Assembly (NCBI GenBank): GCA_021809755.1
Contig: JAJZJZ010000001.1
Location: 24,204 to 88,203, forward strand
Length of the DNA: 64,000 nucleotides
Reading direction: 5' to 3'
From: Thermoplasmata archaeon
GTDB lineage: Archaea > Thermoplasmatota > Thermoplasmata > Thermoplasmatales > Thermoplasmataceae
Positions 1-10,777 of the stretch are shown here, piece after piece. The number at the start of each line of letters is the position of its first letter. Positions within the stretch are counted from its first letter, which is position 1. Position numbers and translations under genes: made by a program. A model generated the notes under the pieces. It was not told the origin of the DNA and ran no database searches. It was given only the letters and a program-made list of their open reading frames with translations.

Positions 1-270
1 GATGCAGATGTTGTATATACAGACGTTTGGATTTCCATGGGTGAAGAGAAGCAAAAAGAAATTAAGGAGAAGGCCTTTAAACCTTTTCAGGTAAATGCGG
101 ACCTTGTTTCAGAGGCAAAAAAAGATTACATCTTTATGCATTGCCTTCCTGCACATAGGGGATTGGAAGTCACAGATGAGGTTGCAGATAGCATCAACAG
201 TGTTATATTCCAGGAAGCTGAAAATAGATTGCACAGTGCAAAAGCGGCATTCATTACACTGTTGTCCTGA
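1..270 (+). CDS. argF: Ornithine carbamoyltransferase, C-terminal part (5' end outside window)
   Basis: Frame is open from base 1 ([16 protein letters not shown]); contains [10 protein letters not shown] and FQEAENRLH, diagnostic OTCase motifs. Confidence 0.93.
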   Translation, partial: DADVVYTDVWISMGEEKQKEIKEKAFKPFQVNADLVSEAKKDYIFMHCLPAHRGLEVTDEVADSINSVIFQEAENRLHSAKAAFITLLS

Positions 271-275
271 TACTC

Positions 276-297
276 AATAAAAAAAAATTTTTATTTT
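276..297. terminator. Putative bidirectional T-tract terminator between convergent argF and protease genes
   Basis: AATAAAAA...TTTTTATT: A-tract followed by T-tract in a 29-bp gap between two stop codons. Confidence 0.5.
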
Positions 298-299
298 GA

Positions 300-920
300 T
301 TAAATTAATCCTCTTACAACGTATATTTCAGTTAATATTGCAAGTGAAATTATAATTATGTATGGTCTAAAATCCCATTTAAGAACCTTGTATCCATCAA
401 GAGGAGGAATTGGAATTAAGTTGAACAGGCACATTATTGCATTTATCTCACCAACGTAAAGGGTTATACCATGGGCGTAGCCTGTAAGAACAGAGGATGA
501 CGCCATGAATAATATCCCAAGGATGAGGTTAGTAGCAGGGCCTGCCAAAGCAACAATACCAATATGCTGAGGTTTGTCTATTGCATATATCTGAACGGCT
601 CCTGGAGCTGCAAAGAGGAAACCGAAAGGGCTGGTAATAAGGGAAAGAAGTAATCCCAGTGGCCAAAGCCTGAAATGCGCAGCACCCCCATATCTTATGG
701 CCACCTGTCTATGGGCCAATTCGTGCATAAGAAATGCAGTTATTGCACCAAGAAAACCAATTGGAACTAAATAATAAAGAGTAAAGTAACTATTCACTGC
801 AACGTTAAAATCTGCCGTCAGGGCTATGGTAAACGCACTTCCTAAGACTATTACTGCAGTTATAATGTCGACAAACTCATTTTTACTAAAAATTGCGTCT
901 CTGAACATAATTATCTCCAT
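300..920 (-). CDS. Site-2 protease family (M50) Zn-dependent intramembrane protease
   Basis: HELAH, ALAGPATN and FNLIPIPPLDG motifs; several TM helices; start may be the ATG at 908. Confidence 0.9.
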   Translation of the reverse strand: MEIIMFRDAIFSKNEFVDIITAVIVLGSAFTIALTADFNVAVNSYFTLYYLVPIGFLGAITAFLMHELAHRQVAIRYGGAAHFRLWPLGLLLSLITSPFGFLFAAPGAVQIYAIDKPQHIGIVALAGPATNLILGILFMASSSVLTGYAHGITLYVGEINAIMCLFNLIPIPPLDGYKVLKWDFRPYIIIISLAILTEIYVVRGLI

Positions 921-3900
921 GGATTCATTTTTGACACATAATCCATAAGTGCAAGGAGATCCAAGGATCTATTGAGACCTATGTCAAACCTTGCTATTAT
1001 ATTTAAAGGATCTGGCATTAAATTTTCCTTCATAGCTATCCTCAACATTCTGTTTAAATCCTCATCATCAATTTTTGCCATCCTTTTTTCCTTAAGCATT
1101 CTTCTTATGTAAATATAAAGGTTCTTGGCGACTAAGGGGTCTTTCCTTTGCATCATATTGAAAAGAACTGATATTGTGACCTCGTTGATACTTCTTACGT
1201 GTGTCTTCTTTCTAATCAGTTTTAGCGTTTCCTTTCCAAGAGCATCGTATGCTTCTGCAGGCAATTTAACATCCTCATCCATTTCCTTGAAAAACTGAAA
1301 AACTTCATTGGCAATTTCCACTGGTATTTCAGCCTTTATTATGGCTTCTCTTTGATCTAACTTTCTTCCGGCCTTGAATTCAAGCTTCATTATCCTCACT
1401 GCAAAATAAAGAACTTCTGCAAACTCTTCCTTTTTCCTTAGTAGTTCCTCATATTCGTCAAAGCGATCCTGAGGAATCAGTTTATTATGAAGTTTGGATA
1501 TTAATTTCTCAGCCCGATCATAAAATTCGAGTTCTATCATAGATCGAACGATGTAATTTATTGAATCCTTGTTTATTAGCATGGGATAGTCATCAAAACC
1601 CTTCATAACAACATCAAACATTCTGGCATTGAAATTTATCTCAGCGAAGACGGTGAATAGCTGTTTCAAATCCTCAGCCTTGAAATTTTCCTTAAGGAGC
1701 CTTTTCAGTATAGCATTTGCTTCTTCTTCTCTCGCAAGTTTAGCCAAAGTTTCACATAGCATGATTGCATTTTCTATGTCATTTGGAGCATTTTTCAGAA
1801 TGTTCTTCATAATCTGAATTGCTTTTTCTGAGTCTCTGGAATCCAGTAGTTTCCGTGCAATCAACCTACCAAGAACAGGATTACCATCTCTTTCATAGAG
1901 AGAAATAAGGCTATTCCGGACCTCAGAATTTTTCCAAAGAGTTAAGGTAATAAAAGAATAAACTTCGTCATCAGACGGTCCCTTAGCTTTCTTATTCCTC
2001 AGCATGTTAATGATTCTTTCTATTTCTCCAGATCTTACATACAACTTCACTTCTAGAATCCCTTTGTCTTTCATCCGAGAAATTATTCTAGAAGCATCGC
2101 TATACTTTCCTAGTTCTATGAGGCAGTCAGCGTAACCTGGCATCTTGTCCGGGTCAAATCCCTCTGCATCAGCCTTATTGTAATGGTATATTGCGTTTTC
2201 AAATTCTCCCTTTGATTGATAATAATCCCCAAAACTTGCGTGAATTTCTCCATTCAAATCTGTTCCTGAGAGGATTTCAATGACTTCCTCGATCATTGAT
2301 CCTTTTCCGGATCTCTTTAAGACAGCTAGGTATGTCATCACGTCCCGTGCATTTCTCTCCTGCATTGAAATTATATTTTTTGAAAGTTCTATGGCTTTAG
2401 GATCATCCATGATTTCAATGTAATGATCCCTTCTAATTCTCATTGTGAAGATGTTGTCCTTTCCTGAGTAATCAAACAGATCAATTATATTGCTGCACAC
2501 TTCAGCAGACATCTTCCTTGAAAATTCATATATATGGGAAAATGGAAGTACATCAAAGCCACCCATTTTTATTATCTTCTCAGTCTCTGCAATAACATGT
2601 TTATCGTCTCCTGCGTTTATATATTCCTTAAGCAAGTAACACCTAAACGTCGCAGAATCTAATAGGGAAAGAGCTTTTTCCAAGCTTTTTGAGGCATTAC
2701 TGGTGTTACCCTGATTTCCGGAAATAACTCCTTCCAGATAATAGTAGTATGGATCAGGATTTCTTGGATTAGTAGATTTTACTAATGTTTCTGAGGCTTC
2801 CTTAAATTTTTTCATGGAAATAAGGATTTGAGTATTGGGGTAGTTAAGATATGGATAATCTTCTATATTTTTAAGAACACCTCCCTTTTTAATTTCTTTG
2901 ATGGTTTCTCTGATTGGATCAATAAGGTTTCTTGCACATTTATATACATTCTGGTCAATGTTTGAATCTGGATCTGCCATAATTGATGGAAGGCTGATTA
3001 TTGTACCCAGTTTTTCTGAGCAAGAATTATAGACTATATTTCTTAATTTGTCAGAGTTCATAGGGATCCCCTTTGCCCAAGATACTATTGAATTAATTAT
3101 TTCAATTTCGGAGTCAGAGACAAATTCCCTTAACGGTTGAAGCTGCTTGATCTGCTCTTCTGTTCTTATGGTTTCTATTAGAGCATCTGCAACATGTCCA
3201 TCTGAAATATTCACAGAATATTTCTTAACATATTGCACCATGGCATCAACTCCATTTACAAACAGATTTGCAGATGCTGCCATGGGTCTAAATTGCGAAA
3301 TGATGGTTTCATTAATGGTTTTTTCATAGAACTCTATAAATTGCTTATAATTCTTGTTTAAATAAAATGCATTTAAAAGCAGTCTTGCAGATTTATCATC
3401 GCCAGGATCATTTTCAAATATTCTTTGTGCAGTATTTATGGCATCAGATCCTCTATTCAGGGTTGATTGTATAAACAGCCGAGCTTCTAGGACCTCCCTT
3501 GAATTCTGAAACAGGTTCTCCATTTCAGTAAGCTTTTTGTTTGCCAGATCGAATTTTGAATCCCTTGCTAAGAACGTGATGAAATATTTCCAAAGAATCT
3601 GATTTCCCTGAATAGTATCCTGTGCATTTGTTAAAATATCTAAAGGCACTCTATAATTATTAATTCGCTCTCCTGCCACACACAGGAGAAGAAGCAAATC
3701 CTCGCTTTTTTTGCTCACGGCTTCTTTTTGCTGCAGAAAATAGAGGCATTCTTCTGGTCTGTCCAGTGAAAGAAGCGACTTTGCCTTTACTAATATAATT
3801 CCTGGGGTTTCAAAACCTGAGTTTAGGAGTTCGTTTGAAAGAATCAAGGCCTGTTCACTTTCCCCGGCCTGATCGTATAATTCAGCAAGAGAATTTTTCT

Positions 3901-4609
3901 GTGCACTATCATCTATTTTTCTTATATCAATGGTGCTTAGAACATCCTTCATAGCATTAATATCTCCAAGTTTCCTTAGTGTGGAAGCAAGTTCAATAGT
4001 GTAAACTTGGTTATTAGTAGCTATTCTTAAAAGCTTTAAAAACTCCGCAAGTTCCATTAATTTTTGCTTTTCTTTGAAATTTTTTATTATTATTGAATTA
4101 ATCACTTCTGTCTGTCTTCCAGATACATATTCAGAAAAAAGCTCTCTATCAAACCTTCCGTTCATTGAAAATATTATTGCTGCATGTTCATAATCATCAG
4201 TCAAAAATGCCATTTTTTTCATGAGATCAGAAGAAGTTGGGAGATTTGGAATAACCGTTTCACCCTTTAGGAACTGTGCAGCCAGTTCGCGATTGTTAGT
4301 CATTACAATAGACTTCATATAATCTAGAACTAGGTTTTCTCTTCGCATGTCAGCGTGCATAAGCGCTTCCATTACTTCTGGGAGTGCAAGTTCTGGATAA
4401 TTTGCAACTAGAGAATCAGCAAGTATTGATAGTCTTTCTCTGGCCTTTTCATTGCCCTGAAAAATCTTGGGAATATCCTGTTCATTTAAAAGTTTTAAAA
4501 AAGTTTTTAACTTCTCTCCCTTTTCAAGTGAATTATTGGATTTAATCACACTATCCAGTGCAGATAACACTCTTTTATCTGAAATTGCATCTGCTGGTTC
4601 ATCTGCCAT
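911..4609 (-). CDS. Large TPR/alpha-solenoid repeat protein (1232 aa)
   Basis: Repeated TPR-like helical units (e.g. IHASFGDYYQSKGEFENAIYHYNKA, YYYYLEGVI...ASKSLEKAL, AIQIMKNILKNAPND); no TM segments. Confidence 0.8.
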   Translation of the reverse strand: MADEPADAISDKRVLSALDSVIKSNNSLEKGEKLKTFLKLLNEQDIPKIFQGNEKARERLSILADSLVANYPELALPEVMEALMHADMRRENLVLDYMKSIVMTNNRELAAQFLKGETVIPNLPTSSDLMKKMAFLTDDYEHAAIIFSMNGRFDRELFSEYVSGRQTEVINSIIIKNFKEKQKLMELAEFLKLLRIATNNQVYTIELASTLRKLGDINAMKDVLSTIDIRKIDDSAQKNSLAELYDQAGESEQALILSNELLNSGFETPGIILVKAKSLLSLDRPEECLYFLQQKEAVSKKSEDLLLLLCVAGERINNYRVPLDILTNAQDTIQGNQILWKYFITFLARDSKFDLANKKLTEMENLFQNSREVLEARLFIQSTLNRGSDAINTAQRIFENDPGDDKSARLLLNAFYLNKNYKQFIEFYEKTINETIISQFRPMAASANLFVNGVDAMVQYVKKYSVNISDGHVADALIETIRTEEQIKQLQPLREFVSDSEIEIINSIVSWAKGIPMNSDKLRNIVYNSCSEKLGTIISLPSIMADPDSNIDQNVYKCARNLIDPIRETIKEIKKGGVLKNIEDYPYLNYPNTQILISMKKFKEASETLVKSTNPRNPDPYYYYLEGVISGNQGNTSNASKSLEKALSLLDSATFRCYLLKEYINAGDDKHVIAETEKIIKMGGFDVLPFSHIYEFSRKMSAEVCSNIIDLFDYSGKDNIFTMRIRRDHYIEIMDDPKAIELSKNIISMQERNARDVMTYLAVLKRSGKGSMIEEVIEILSGTDLNGEIHASFGDYYQSKGEFENAIYHYNKADAEGFDPDKMPGYADCLIELGKYSDASRIISRMKDKGILEVKLYVRSGEIERIINMLRNKKAKGPSDDEVYSFITLTLWKNSEVRNSLISLYERDGNPVLGRLIARKLLDSRDSEKAIQIMKNILKNAPNDIENAIMLCETLAKLAREEEANAILKRLLKENFKAEDLKQLFTVFAEINFNARMFDVVMKGFDDYPMLINKDSINYIVRSMIELEFYDRAEKLISKLHNKLIPQDRFDEYEELLRKKEEFAEVLYFAVRIMKLEFKAGRKLDQREAIIKAEIPVEIANEVFQFFKEMDEDVKLPAEAYDALGKETLKLIRKKTHVRSINEVTISVLFNMMQRKDPLVAKNLYIYIRRMLKEKRMAKIDDEDLNRMLRIAMKENLMPDPLNIIARFDIGLNRSLDLLALMDYVSKMNPWR

Positions 4610-4753
4610 CGAATTACTACAATATTAAAGATATATATTACTTTGCACATCTTTATGCATTCTCACAAACTCATTTATGGAAATTAGCTAAGACACGTTT
4701 TGGATTTGAATTTAATTAGTGTGAATGAAATAATAATAGATACAACGAATACC

Positions 4754-6400
4754 TCATATTAGTAAATGGGATACAACAATATTCGTTCCTATCATGGTGA
4801 TCGATATGAGCCACACCATTGCGACGAAGTGGTGAAGTCCGTGAATCAATTTGCCACCATCGCCGACCTTCAAAGCAGTGCCAGCCACGAAAGCGTGCAT
4901 AAACAAAATAATAACTATAAACAATTCCACCGTAAACATTGTATTTGCAGGCTGAGCAACGAAAATTCCGAGATCATTGATAAAACTGGTTGGAAATGTA
5001 CTGAAGATTCCTCCTATAAAACCAAGGATGGCATAAGATATGGAGAGAGCAAAGGCAAGACCTGCAGAAATACCGTACATAACACCAATAAAACTGCTGA
5101 TACTGGAATGTCTTCTTTTTCTCATTCTTGTCACACGATCGAAATTATCCGCAACTATATCTCCGCATTTTTGTGCATCTGATCCAAGTTCAACACTTTC
5201 AGAAAATGATTCAGAAAATACCTCTACAAGTCTTGATTCTGTATCTGCGCTGAAATCTTTCCATGCAATGAGTGTGTTTATTCTATAGACCAGTCTTTTG
5301 TATAAATCTCGTATGTTTGCGGTCAACTTACCAAAATCGTGAAGCTGTATTTCACCAAGCGCTTCTATTATGATATTTCCTCTGGAAGATGCAGATCCGG
5401 AAAGGGCCCTTATAAAACTGCCGAACATATCCTCTTTTTTCATAATTTCCTTTTCCGAATTCGAACCGATTATGCTTGGTATTGCAAGGGGGGTAATTGC
5501 AACCGCAAATAGGATGTAAAAAGGAATGGAGGAGAAAAATGGGGTCAGGAAAAACACTGCAAGAAGTCCCAATGTCATTAATCCGAATCCTACAAACCAT
5601 ATCTTCAGGACAATTTCAGTATTCGTTCTTATGCCGGTCTTTTGCCATATTGGATCATATGGAAGCACTGTTTTTATTCCTACTACAATCATACTTTCTC
5701 CCATTACCATGGCGAGAATTGCAAGGATCATCATCACATCCATATTTACTGGGATCAGAATGGGCATTATCATGATGAACGCTATCATAAATGCGAAGGC
5801 GAGGAGCATTGAAATGTATATGTCCTTGAAGAGATCGAAAGAATACAAAGCTGAAACATAGTTATTTTCATAGTTTGCCATAACTGTACTCGTTTCCGTC
5901 TTTAGAAATTCTTCAAAATTTTGACCGCTGTCTGTGGCCTGCCCTAACCTTGAGAGAAAATCTGCGAAGAGATCACTTGGTGTCCTTTCGGCCAAGAAAT
6001 TAGATATCTCTCCAAGACTCATCTTCCAATTCTGGGTAAGATTAACTATTTTTTTCAGTTCTTCATTTATATATCCCAACTTTTCTTTCCGTGCAAGAAT
6101 TTTAAGAATTTCTACCCTGTCCGCTCCGCTTACTGCCAGAGTTGCAAAAGCCGTGATAAAAAAAGGTATTGATCCATCTATGTTTATTTTTCTGTTCTGT
6201 CTCTGAACTATGGGATTTAAAAGGCCATAGAGGAGCATTGACATGGATATTGATGCTAGTATAACATATTCTGTACTTTTTGTTTCAATATATAATGGGA
6301 AAAATATTGCTGATATTAAAGTAAAAATCAGTACAACTGCAACACCCTTTGTACTGAATTCAATACCTGTTAAAGCTCCAAGACGTTTAGCCTCATGCAT
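4754..6400 (-). CDS. flaJ: Archaellum membrane platform protein ArlJ/FlaJ
   Basis: Two T2SS-F-like cytoplasmic domains (TPSDLFADFLSRL, DFGKLT) with TM blocks; directly follows flaI. Confidence 0.92.
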   Translation of the reverse strand: MHEAKRLGALTGIEFSTKGVAVVLIFTLISAIFFPLYIETKSTEYVILASISMSMLLYGLLNPIVQRQNRKINIDGSIPFFITAFATLAVSGADRVEILKILARKEKLGYINEELKKIVNLTQNWKMSLGEISNFLAERTPSDLFADFLSRLGQATDSGQNFEEFLKTETSTVMANYENNYVSALYSFDLFKDIYISMLLAFAFMIAFIMIMPILIPVNMDVMMILAILAMVMGESMIVVGIKTVLPYDPIWQKTGIRTNTEIVLKIWFVGFGLMTLGLLAVFFLTPFFSSIPFYILFAVAITPLAIPSIIGSNSEKEIMKKEDMFGSFIRALSGSASSRGNIIIEALGEIQLHDFGKLTANIRDLYKRLVYRINTLIAWKDFSADTESRLVEVFSESFSESVELGSDAQKCGDIVADNFDRVTRMRKRRHSSISSFIGVMYGISAGLAFALSISYAILGFIGGIFSTFPTSFINDLGIFVAQPANTMFTVELFIVIILFMHAFVAGTALKVGDGGKLIHGLHHFVAMVWLISITMIGTNIVVSHLLI

Positions 6401-6401
6401 A

Positions 6402-8021
6402 CTAATTACCTGCCAGGATAGCCGCCTCTCCCTGATGATAGAATTTCTTTATGCTTTCAAACACCTCAAAGTAACTGTTCAGATTTCTCTTGATCAATAG
6501 CTCAATTATCCTGGCCCGTTTGAAGAGTTCGTCGTAAATGATCTTCGGATCAGCTAGACCAGCTGTTTGGGCAATTCTTCTTTCAAGGATATATGAATTG
6601 TTCATACCTCTGAAAAGGTGCTTATCAGTGGTAGGATCCCATTGAAACACCTGTTTGGTTGAAACACCGTTTAGTTCCTCATAATACCCCTCAATCTCAT
6701 TTATGCTTGTTGTTCTTCTAAGAAATTTACCATTTACATATACAGCCTGCTGGATGAGAGCTATGTTAAGATTATCCATAAAAGTAACAGGGATATTGAT
6801 TGGAGTACCAGTAAATCTCTGTATCATTCTCTTGACCGAGGCAGCGTGAAAGGTTGCAATAACCGGATGGCCCGTTTGCATAGCCTGGAACGCCATAGAT
6901 CCTTCTGCTCCTCTTATTTCTCCAACTATAATGTAGTTCGGCCTTGATCTCAATGCAGTTTTCAACAGGTCAAAAAGGGTTACTCTGCTCTCCTCTGCGC
7001 CTCTTTCCCTTGTTACAAGCTGTTGCCATGCAGGTTGAGGGCATCTAATTTCCGGGGTATCTTCCGCGCTGAATATTTTTGCTTCAGGTCTGATAAAAGG
7101 AACAAGGGCATTCACCACAGTTGTTTTTCCGCTTGCAGTTTCCCCGCAAACGAAAACACTCTGACCATATTCCAGGGCAAGCCAAAGGTAAGCGGCCTCC
7201 TCAGCTGACATGGTGTTGTATTTAACAAGTTGAATTATACTAATAGGTATATCGGAGAATTTCCTGATAGTAAAACTAGGGCCTCTAATTGACACATCAC
7301 TACTATATACGATTGAAAGTCTTGAACCATCAGGAAGTGTTGCATCAACAATGGGTACCTTATCACTGACTGGCCTTCCAATTCTTTCACTCAATCTTTT
7401 TGAATATGTGGAAAGTCTCTCCATACTACCAAAGACAATGGACGTTTTCAATGTGTCGAAGATCTTATGCACAATAAACACGTCAGACGGTCCTATTCCA
7501 CTTATATCCTCGATGTTTGGATCCCTGATGAGTGGTTCAATTGGACCCAGACCAACAACATCTCTCTTAAGATGGTATAATAGTCTGGGAAAAAACTCCT
7601 TTGTCACTGTTGCTTTGGATCCTGTAATTTTGTTACTGCCACTTACCGATACAACCTTTGAAAACAGGATGTCAATGCTCTTTTCAAGTTCGCTTTCATT
7701 TTTAGGTGCAGGAAATTCTGCAGCTCTCTGCAATATCAATTCCAGTACTCTTTCAAGAAAGTCAGATTCCTCCATGGACATTTCCGGTTCTATTGTTTCG
7801 TAGAATTGTTCACCGTCAATTCTGTAAACATGAATGAAAATTGGATCTCCTACAGGATATACAATATCGAACTCCTTCATCGATTTCATAGAAGAGTCAG
7901 GAACCGTAACGAAATTTGGAGTTCGCTGTCTCTCATTTCTGTATTTCACCAGATGGTTGTACAGATGTGGATTTCTACTAACAGCTTGTTCCAATGTATC
8001 TGATCTTATTCCTGCTTCCAT
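6402..8021 (-). CDS. flaI: Archaellum assembly/motor ATPase ArlI/FlaI
   Basis: Walker A GETASGKTT, EDTPE, ALRSRPNYIIVGEIRG, TGH...TFHA; position in the operon. Confidence 0.95.
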   Translation of the reverse strand: MEAGIRSDTLEQAVSRNPHLYNHLVKYRNERQRTPNFVTVPDSSMKSMKEFDIVYPVGDPIFIHVYRIDGEQFYETIEPEMSMEESDFLERVLELILQRAAEFPAPKNESELEKSIDILFSKVVSVSGSNKITGSKATVTKEFFPRLLYHLKRDVVGLGPIEPLIRDPNIEDISGIGPSDVFIVHKIFDTLKTSIVFGSMERLSTYSKRLSERIGRPVSDKVPIVDATLPDGSRLSIVYSSDVSIRGPSFTIRKFSDIPISIIQLVKYNTMSAEEAAYLWLALEYGQSVFVCGETASGKTTVVNALVPFIRPEAKIFSAEDTPEIRCPQPAWQQLVTRERGAEESRVTLFDLLKTALRSRPNYIIVGEIRGAEGSMAFQAMQTGHPVIATFHAASVKRMIQRFTGTPINIPVTFMDNLNIALIQQAVYVNGKFLRRTTSINEIEGYYEELNGVSTKQVFQWDPTTDKHLFRGMNNSYILERRIAQTAGLADPKIIYDELFKRARIIELLIKRNLNSYFEVFESIKKFYHQGEAAILAGN

Positions 8022-8030
8022 CCATTCGCC

Positions 8031-8708
8031 TCACGACACGCTTGATATTTCCACTATAAGACCTCTTCCCGGCTCAATCCTATACGGGATTGTCTGCTGA
8101 AAACTGTGTCTGGCCATTGGAAATTTTATAAGATCAATGATATGCTTTCTCTCCCCAAGCATATCCTTGGAATTCAGACTAATTACAGTTGTTGAAAGCT
8201 GGTGAATTTTCAGCAAGGTTTGTTCATCAAAATCAGAAGGATTCAAAGTTACCATTACTATTCTTCCCTCTGAGAATTTCCTCAGTGAACTATAAAACTG
8301 GACAGGTTCAAAATCCTTGAACATGCCTTCTTGAAGTGAATCCAATATGACCACATTCTTCTCCCCTATTTTCCGATTTAAAAGTATTTCCTCTAAACTG
8401 GGTTTCCGGGCTCTCATAAGCACAAATACAGATGTCAGATAGGTAACTCTGTCACTCATTATTGAATCGAAAAGAGGATAACCAAGGGTTTCGCTTTCAG
8501 ATATAAACTCTCTAATGGGGAATTGCGAAGAAACATATGCGACGGTATTTCCATTTTTAACCAATCCATAGGCAAGCCTTATGGAGAAGAGCGTTTTCCC
8601 ATCTCCAACGCCACCCATAACTGTGATTATCTGTCCCTGATACAGGCCACCACCCATTCTTTTTTCAAGCTCATCACTTTCCAATCCAAAATTCAAATAC
8701 ATTTTCAC
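8031..8708 (-). CDS. flaH: Archaellum KaiC/RecA-fold nucleotide-binding protein ArlH/FlaH
   Basis: DELEKRMGGG, Walker A GGVGDGKT, ILDSL, C-terminal YRIEPGRGLIVEI. Confidence 0.9.
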   Translation of the reverse strand: MKMYLNFGLESDELEKRMGGGLYQGQIITVMGGVGDGKTLFSIRLAYGLVKNGNTVAYVSSQFPIREFISESETLGYPLFDSIMSDRVTYLTSVFVLMRARKPSLEEILLNRKIGEKNVVILDSLQEGMFKDFEPVQFYSSLRKFSEGRIVMVTLNPSDFDEQTLLKIHQLSTTVISLNSKDMLGERKHIIDLIKFPMARHSFQQTIPYRIEPGRGLIVEISSVS

Positions 8709-9157
8709 ACCTCAAAAATTAGTTGCTTGCTGATCCCGTTATAAATAGTTATGGTCAATGTGTAATATCCCGGGGAAAGCGTCACGTTAGCAATGATTGT
8801 ACCTACTTCCCCAGGTGCTAAACTGCCATTATTTCCCGAATTGCTGAATAGTAGCTGAGAATTCATTATTTCACTCCCGTTGATCATAACATTAACCGTA
8901 TTGTTTGTAAAATAGAATGCCTGGGTTCCAATATTTTTAACATAGAAAGTATAGCCAACTCCCTGCTTGTATGGGATTTGAGAGGGATCATTTATTATTT
9001 TGAAATTATCATCAAGCATGGAAGAAACTTGAGTAGATGAGTTTTTCATCCCGATTGTAAGATCAGATGTTTGGTATGCAAGTGCCCCAACCACAGAAGC
9101 CGTTACTATGAGAGTAGCTATAAAAAATATCAGTTCAGATATACCGGTGGAACTCAT
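8705..9157 (-). CDS. flaG: Archaellum stator protein ArlG/FlaG
   Basis: SELIFFIATLIV N-terminal TM; FKIINDP; FYVKNIG; LAPGEV. Confidence 0.9.
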   Translation of the reverse strand: MSSTGISELIFFIATLIVTASVVGALAYQTSDLTIGMKNSSTQVSSMLDDNFKIINDPSQIPYKQGVGYTFYVKNIGTQAFYFTNNTVNVMINGSEIMNSQLLFSNSGNNGSLAPGEVGTIIANVTLSPGYYTLTITIYNGISKQLIFEV

Positions 9158-9576
9158 TTGAAAACCACCTCAATGAATTTTTCGTACCCTGTATTGAATA
9201 TGATCAAAACAGAAGTATTACCGCTTGGATAGCTTACTGATATTGATTCTTTCGTTAGTGGGAGAAAATAATTACTTGAGTAAATGAAGTTCATTTCTGT
9301 CCCATTAACTAGGACATTTGATTGTGACATCGTAAGCGCCACACTGCCATTATTTGTCATATTTATGGTTATATTAAATCCTGAAACTCCTTTAATTACG
9401 GAGTAATTGGACACTGAAACCTTTGAATTTTCAAGTCCACATATTATCTTATTTTTATTTGAAAGTGAATTATCAAGCTGAACATTGCCAGTTTGAAATT
9501 GATCATAAACTAAACCAAAAAAAATGAGGGAGGAGCTTAGCAAAATTACCACAGCAACTGCATAGCTAAATCCCAT
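9154..9576 (-). CDS. flaF: Archaellum stator protein ArlF/FlaF
   Basis: MGFS N-terminus (ATG at 9576), TM helix, NNGS, VLVNG, YFLP. Confidence 0.88.
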   Translation of the reverse strand: MGFSYAVAVVILLSSSLIFFGLVYDQFQTGNVQLDNSLSNKNKIICGLENSKVSVSNYSVIKGVSGFNITINMTNNGSVALTMSQSNVLVNGTEMNFIYSSNYFLPLTKESISVSYPSGNTSVLIIFNTGYEKFIEVVFK

Positions 9577-10255
9577 AAAGTTCGTCAACCCCCTTCTTAA
9601 GGCTTCTAAACTCTCTTTCCAGTGTTTCTATTAGCTCTCTGTTTACCTCTTCTCCGTTAAGCTTCTCAATGAACAGCATGGTAATGACATGATCCTGGAT
9701 AGTCGGTTTAATCTTGTATTCCTGAACTGGTCCAAGCATTCCTGTCATTTTGGTAAACCGTGTCATCTGTTCCTTAACCGTGGAGGATATCCATCCCAGA
9801 TTCTCATAATAATCCAGGACATCGAGAGTGTTCTCAGGGCCATAGTTATCCAGCAGGAACTCAAGCCACCTCAAGGCTATGACAAGGGATACAACATCAT
9901 CGCCAACCTTTTCCAGCTTTGGGGCTAAAAAAGGTCTTTCGACGAGTTTGGGTTTTTTCTCTGTATCTTTCCTGTCACCATCCTGAAGATTTCTAGATTT
10001 GCCCGGAGTGAGCATTTTTTCAATTGCGGAAATTTCATCAAAGAGCTTGTCGACCTTTCCAACAAGGGATTTTTCTTTCTGTGCCGAATAGTTTTCTGTT
10101 ATGCTCTGAAAGAGTGCATCAATATCATCCTTGGAGAACTTCTTTTGAGAATTTACAATTCTCTGTTTCAATTCTTCAAGAACAAAGTGTGGTGCTTGCT
10201 CCGAAAGATTTTTTATCTTTTCTTCAACATATCCTTTCATTGCTTCATTTATCAT
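9566..10255 (-). CDS. flaD: Archaellum switch-complex protein ArlD/E (FlaD/E)
   Basis: WLEFLL...LDYYENLGWIS and DHVITMLFIEKL are FlaD/E domain motifs. Confidence 0.85.
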   Translation of the reverse strand: MINEAMKGYVEEKIKNLSEQAPHFVLEELKQRIVNSQKKFSKDDIDALFQSITENYSAQKEKSLVGKVDKLFDEISAIEKMLTPGKSRNLQDGDRKDTEKKPKLVERPFLAPKLEKVGDDVVSLVIALRWLEFLLDNYGPENTLDVLDYYENLGWISSTVKEQMTRFTKMTGMLGPVQEYKIKPTIQDHVITMLFIEKLNGEEVNRELIETLEREFRSLKKGVDELYGI

Positions 10256-10754
10256 TTAAATCCTCCTGTTCGATTACCTTAAAGATCTGGTTGAGATCAG
10301 GAGTTCCGTAGAGCTCCCTCAAATCATCAAGCGCAGATTCTATTAGTGCTTTAAGTCCCATTAGCTCTTTTCGAAGTTCCTCAGTTATCTCCTTTATCTC
10401 ATCAGGCGTATTGTCCAGAAAAGGGTTGAAGTCTTTAGATACCACCTCGTAAAGCGATACCACCATCTTCACATTTTCTGAAATCATGGTCAATTTGTCT
10501 CCCGATTCCTGAAAACCTCGTTTGAGGGATTCAAGTAAGGTTGACATTTTTCCCACTTCATTCTCCATGTTTCCCATTCTTCTGTTCAACCCGTCAATGA
10601 GTTTCTGCTCCGGGGAAGGTTCTAGAGTTCCGGGTGTTATGGACTGCATCTGATTGGCTGGAGTGCCAACATTTGCAGTTTGCATTCCCGGAATTGGCTG
10701 TGCTGCTGCGGTCTCTTTGTGTAATGGATTTTTTATTTTGTCAAAGAGACCCAT
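10245..10754 (-). CDS. flaC: Archaellum accessory protein ArlC/FlaC
   Basis: Coiled coil ending in ENVKMVVSLYEVVSKDFNPF; lies between flaB and flaD/E. Confidence 0.85.
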   Translation of the reverse strand: MGLFDKIKNPLHKETAAAQPIPGMQTANVGTPANQMQSITPGTLEPSPEQKLIDGLNRRMGNMENEVGKMSTLLESLKRGFQESGDKLTMISENVKMVVSLYEVVSKDFNPFLDNTPDEIKEITEELRKELMGLKALIESALDDLRELYGTPDLNQIFKVIEQEDLNDK

Positions 10755-10777
10755 CTTTTCACGCTCCTATTCCTGGA

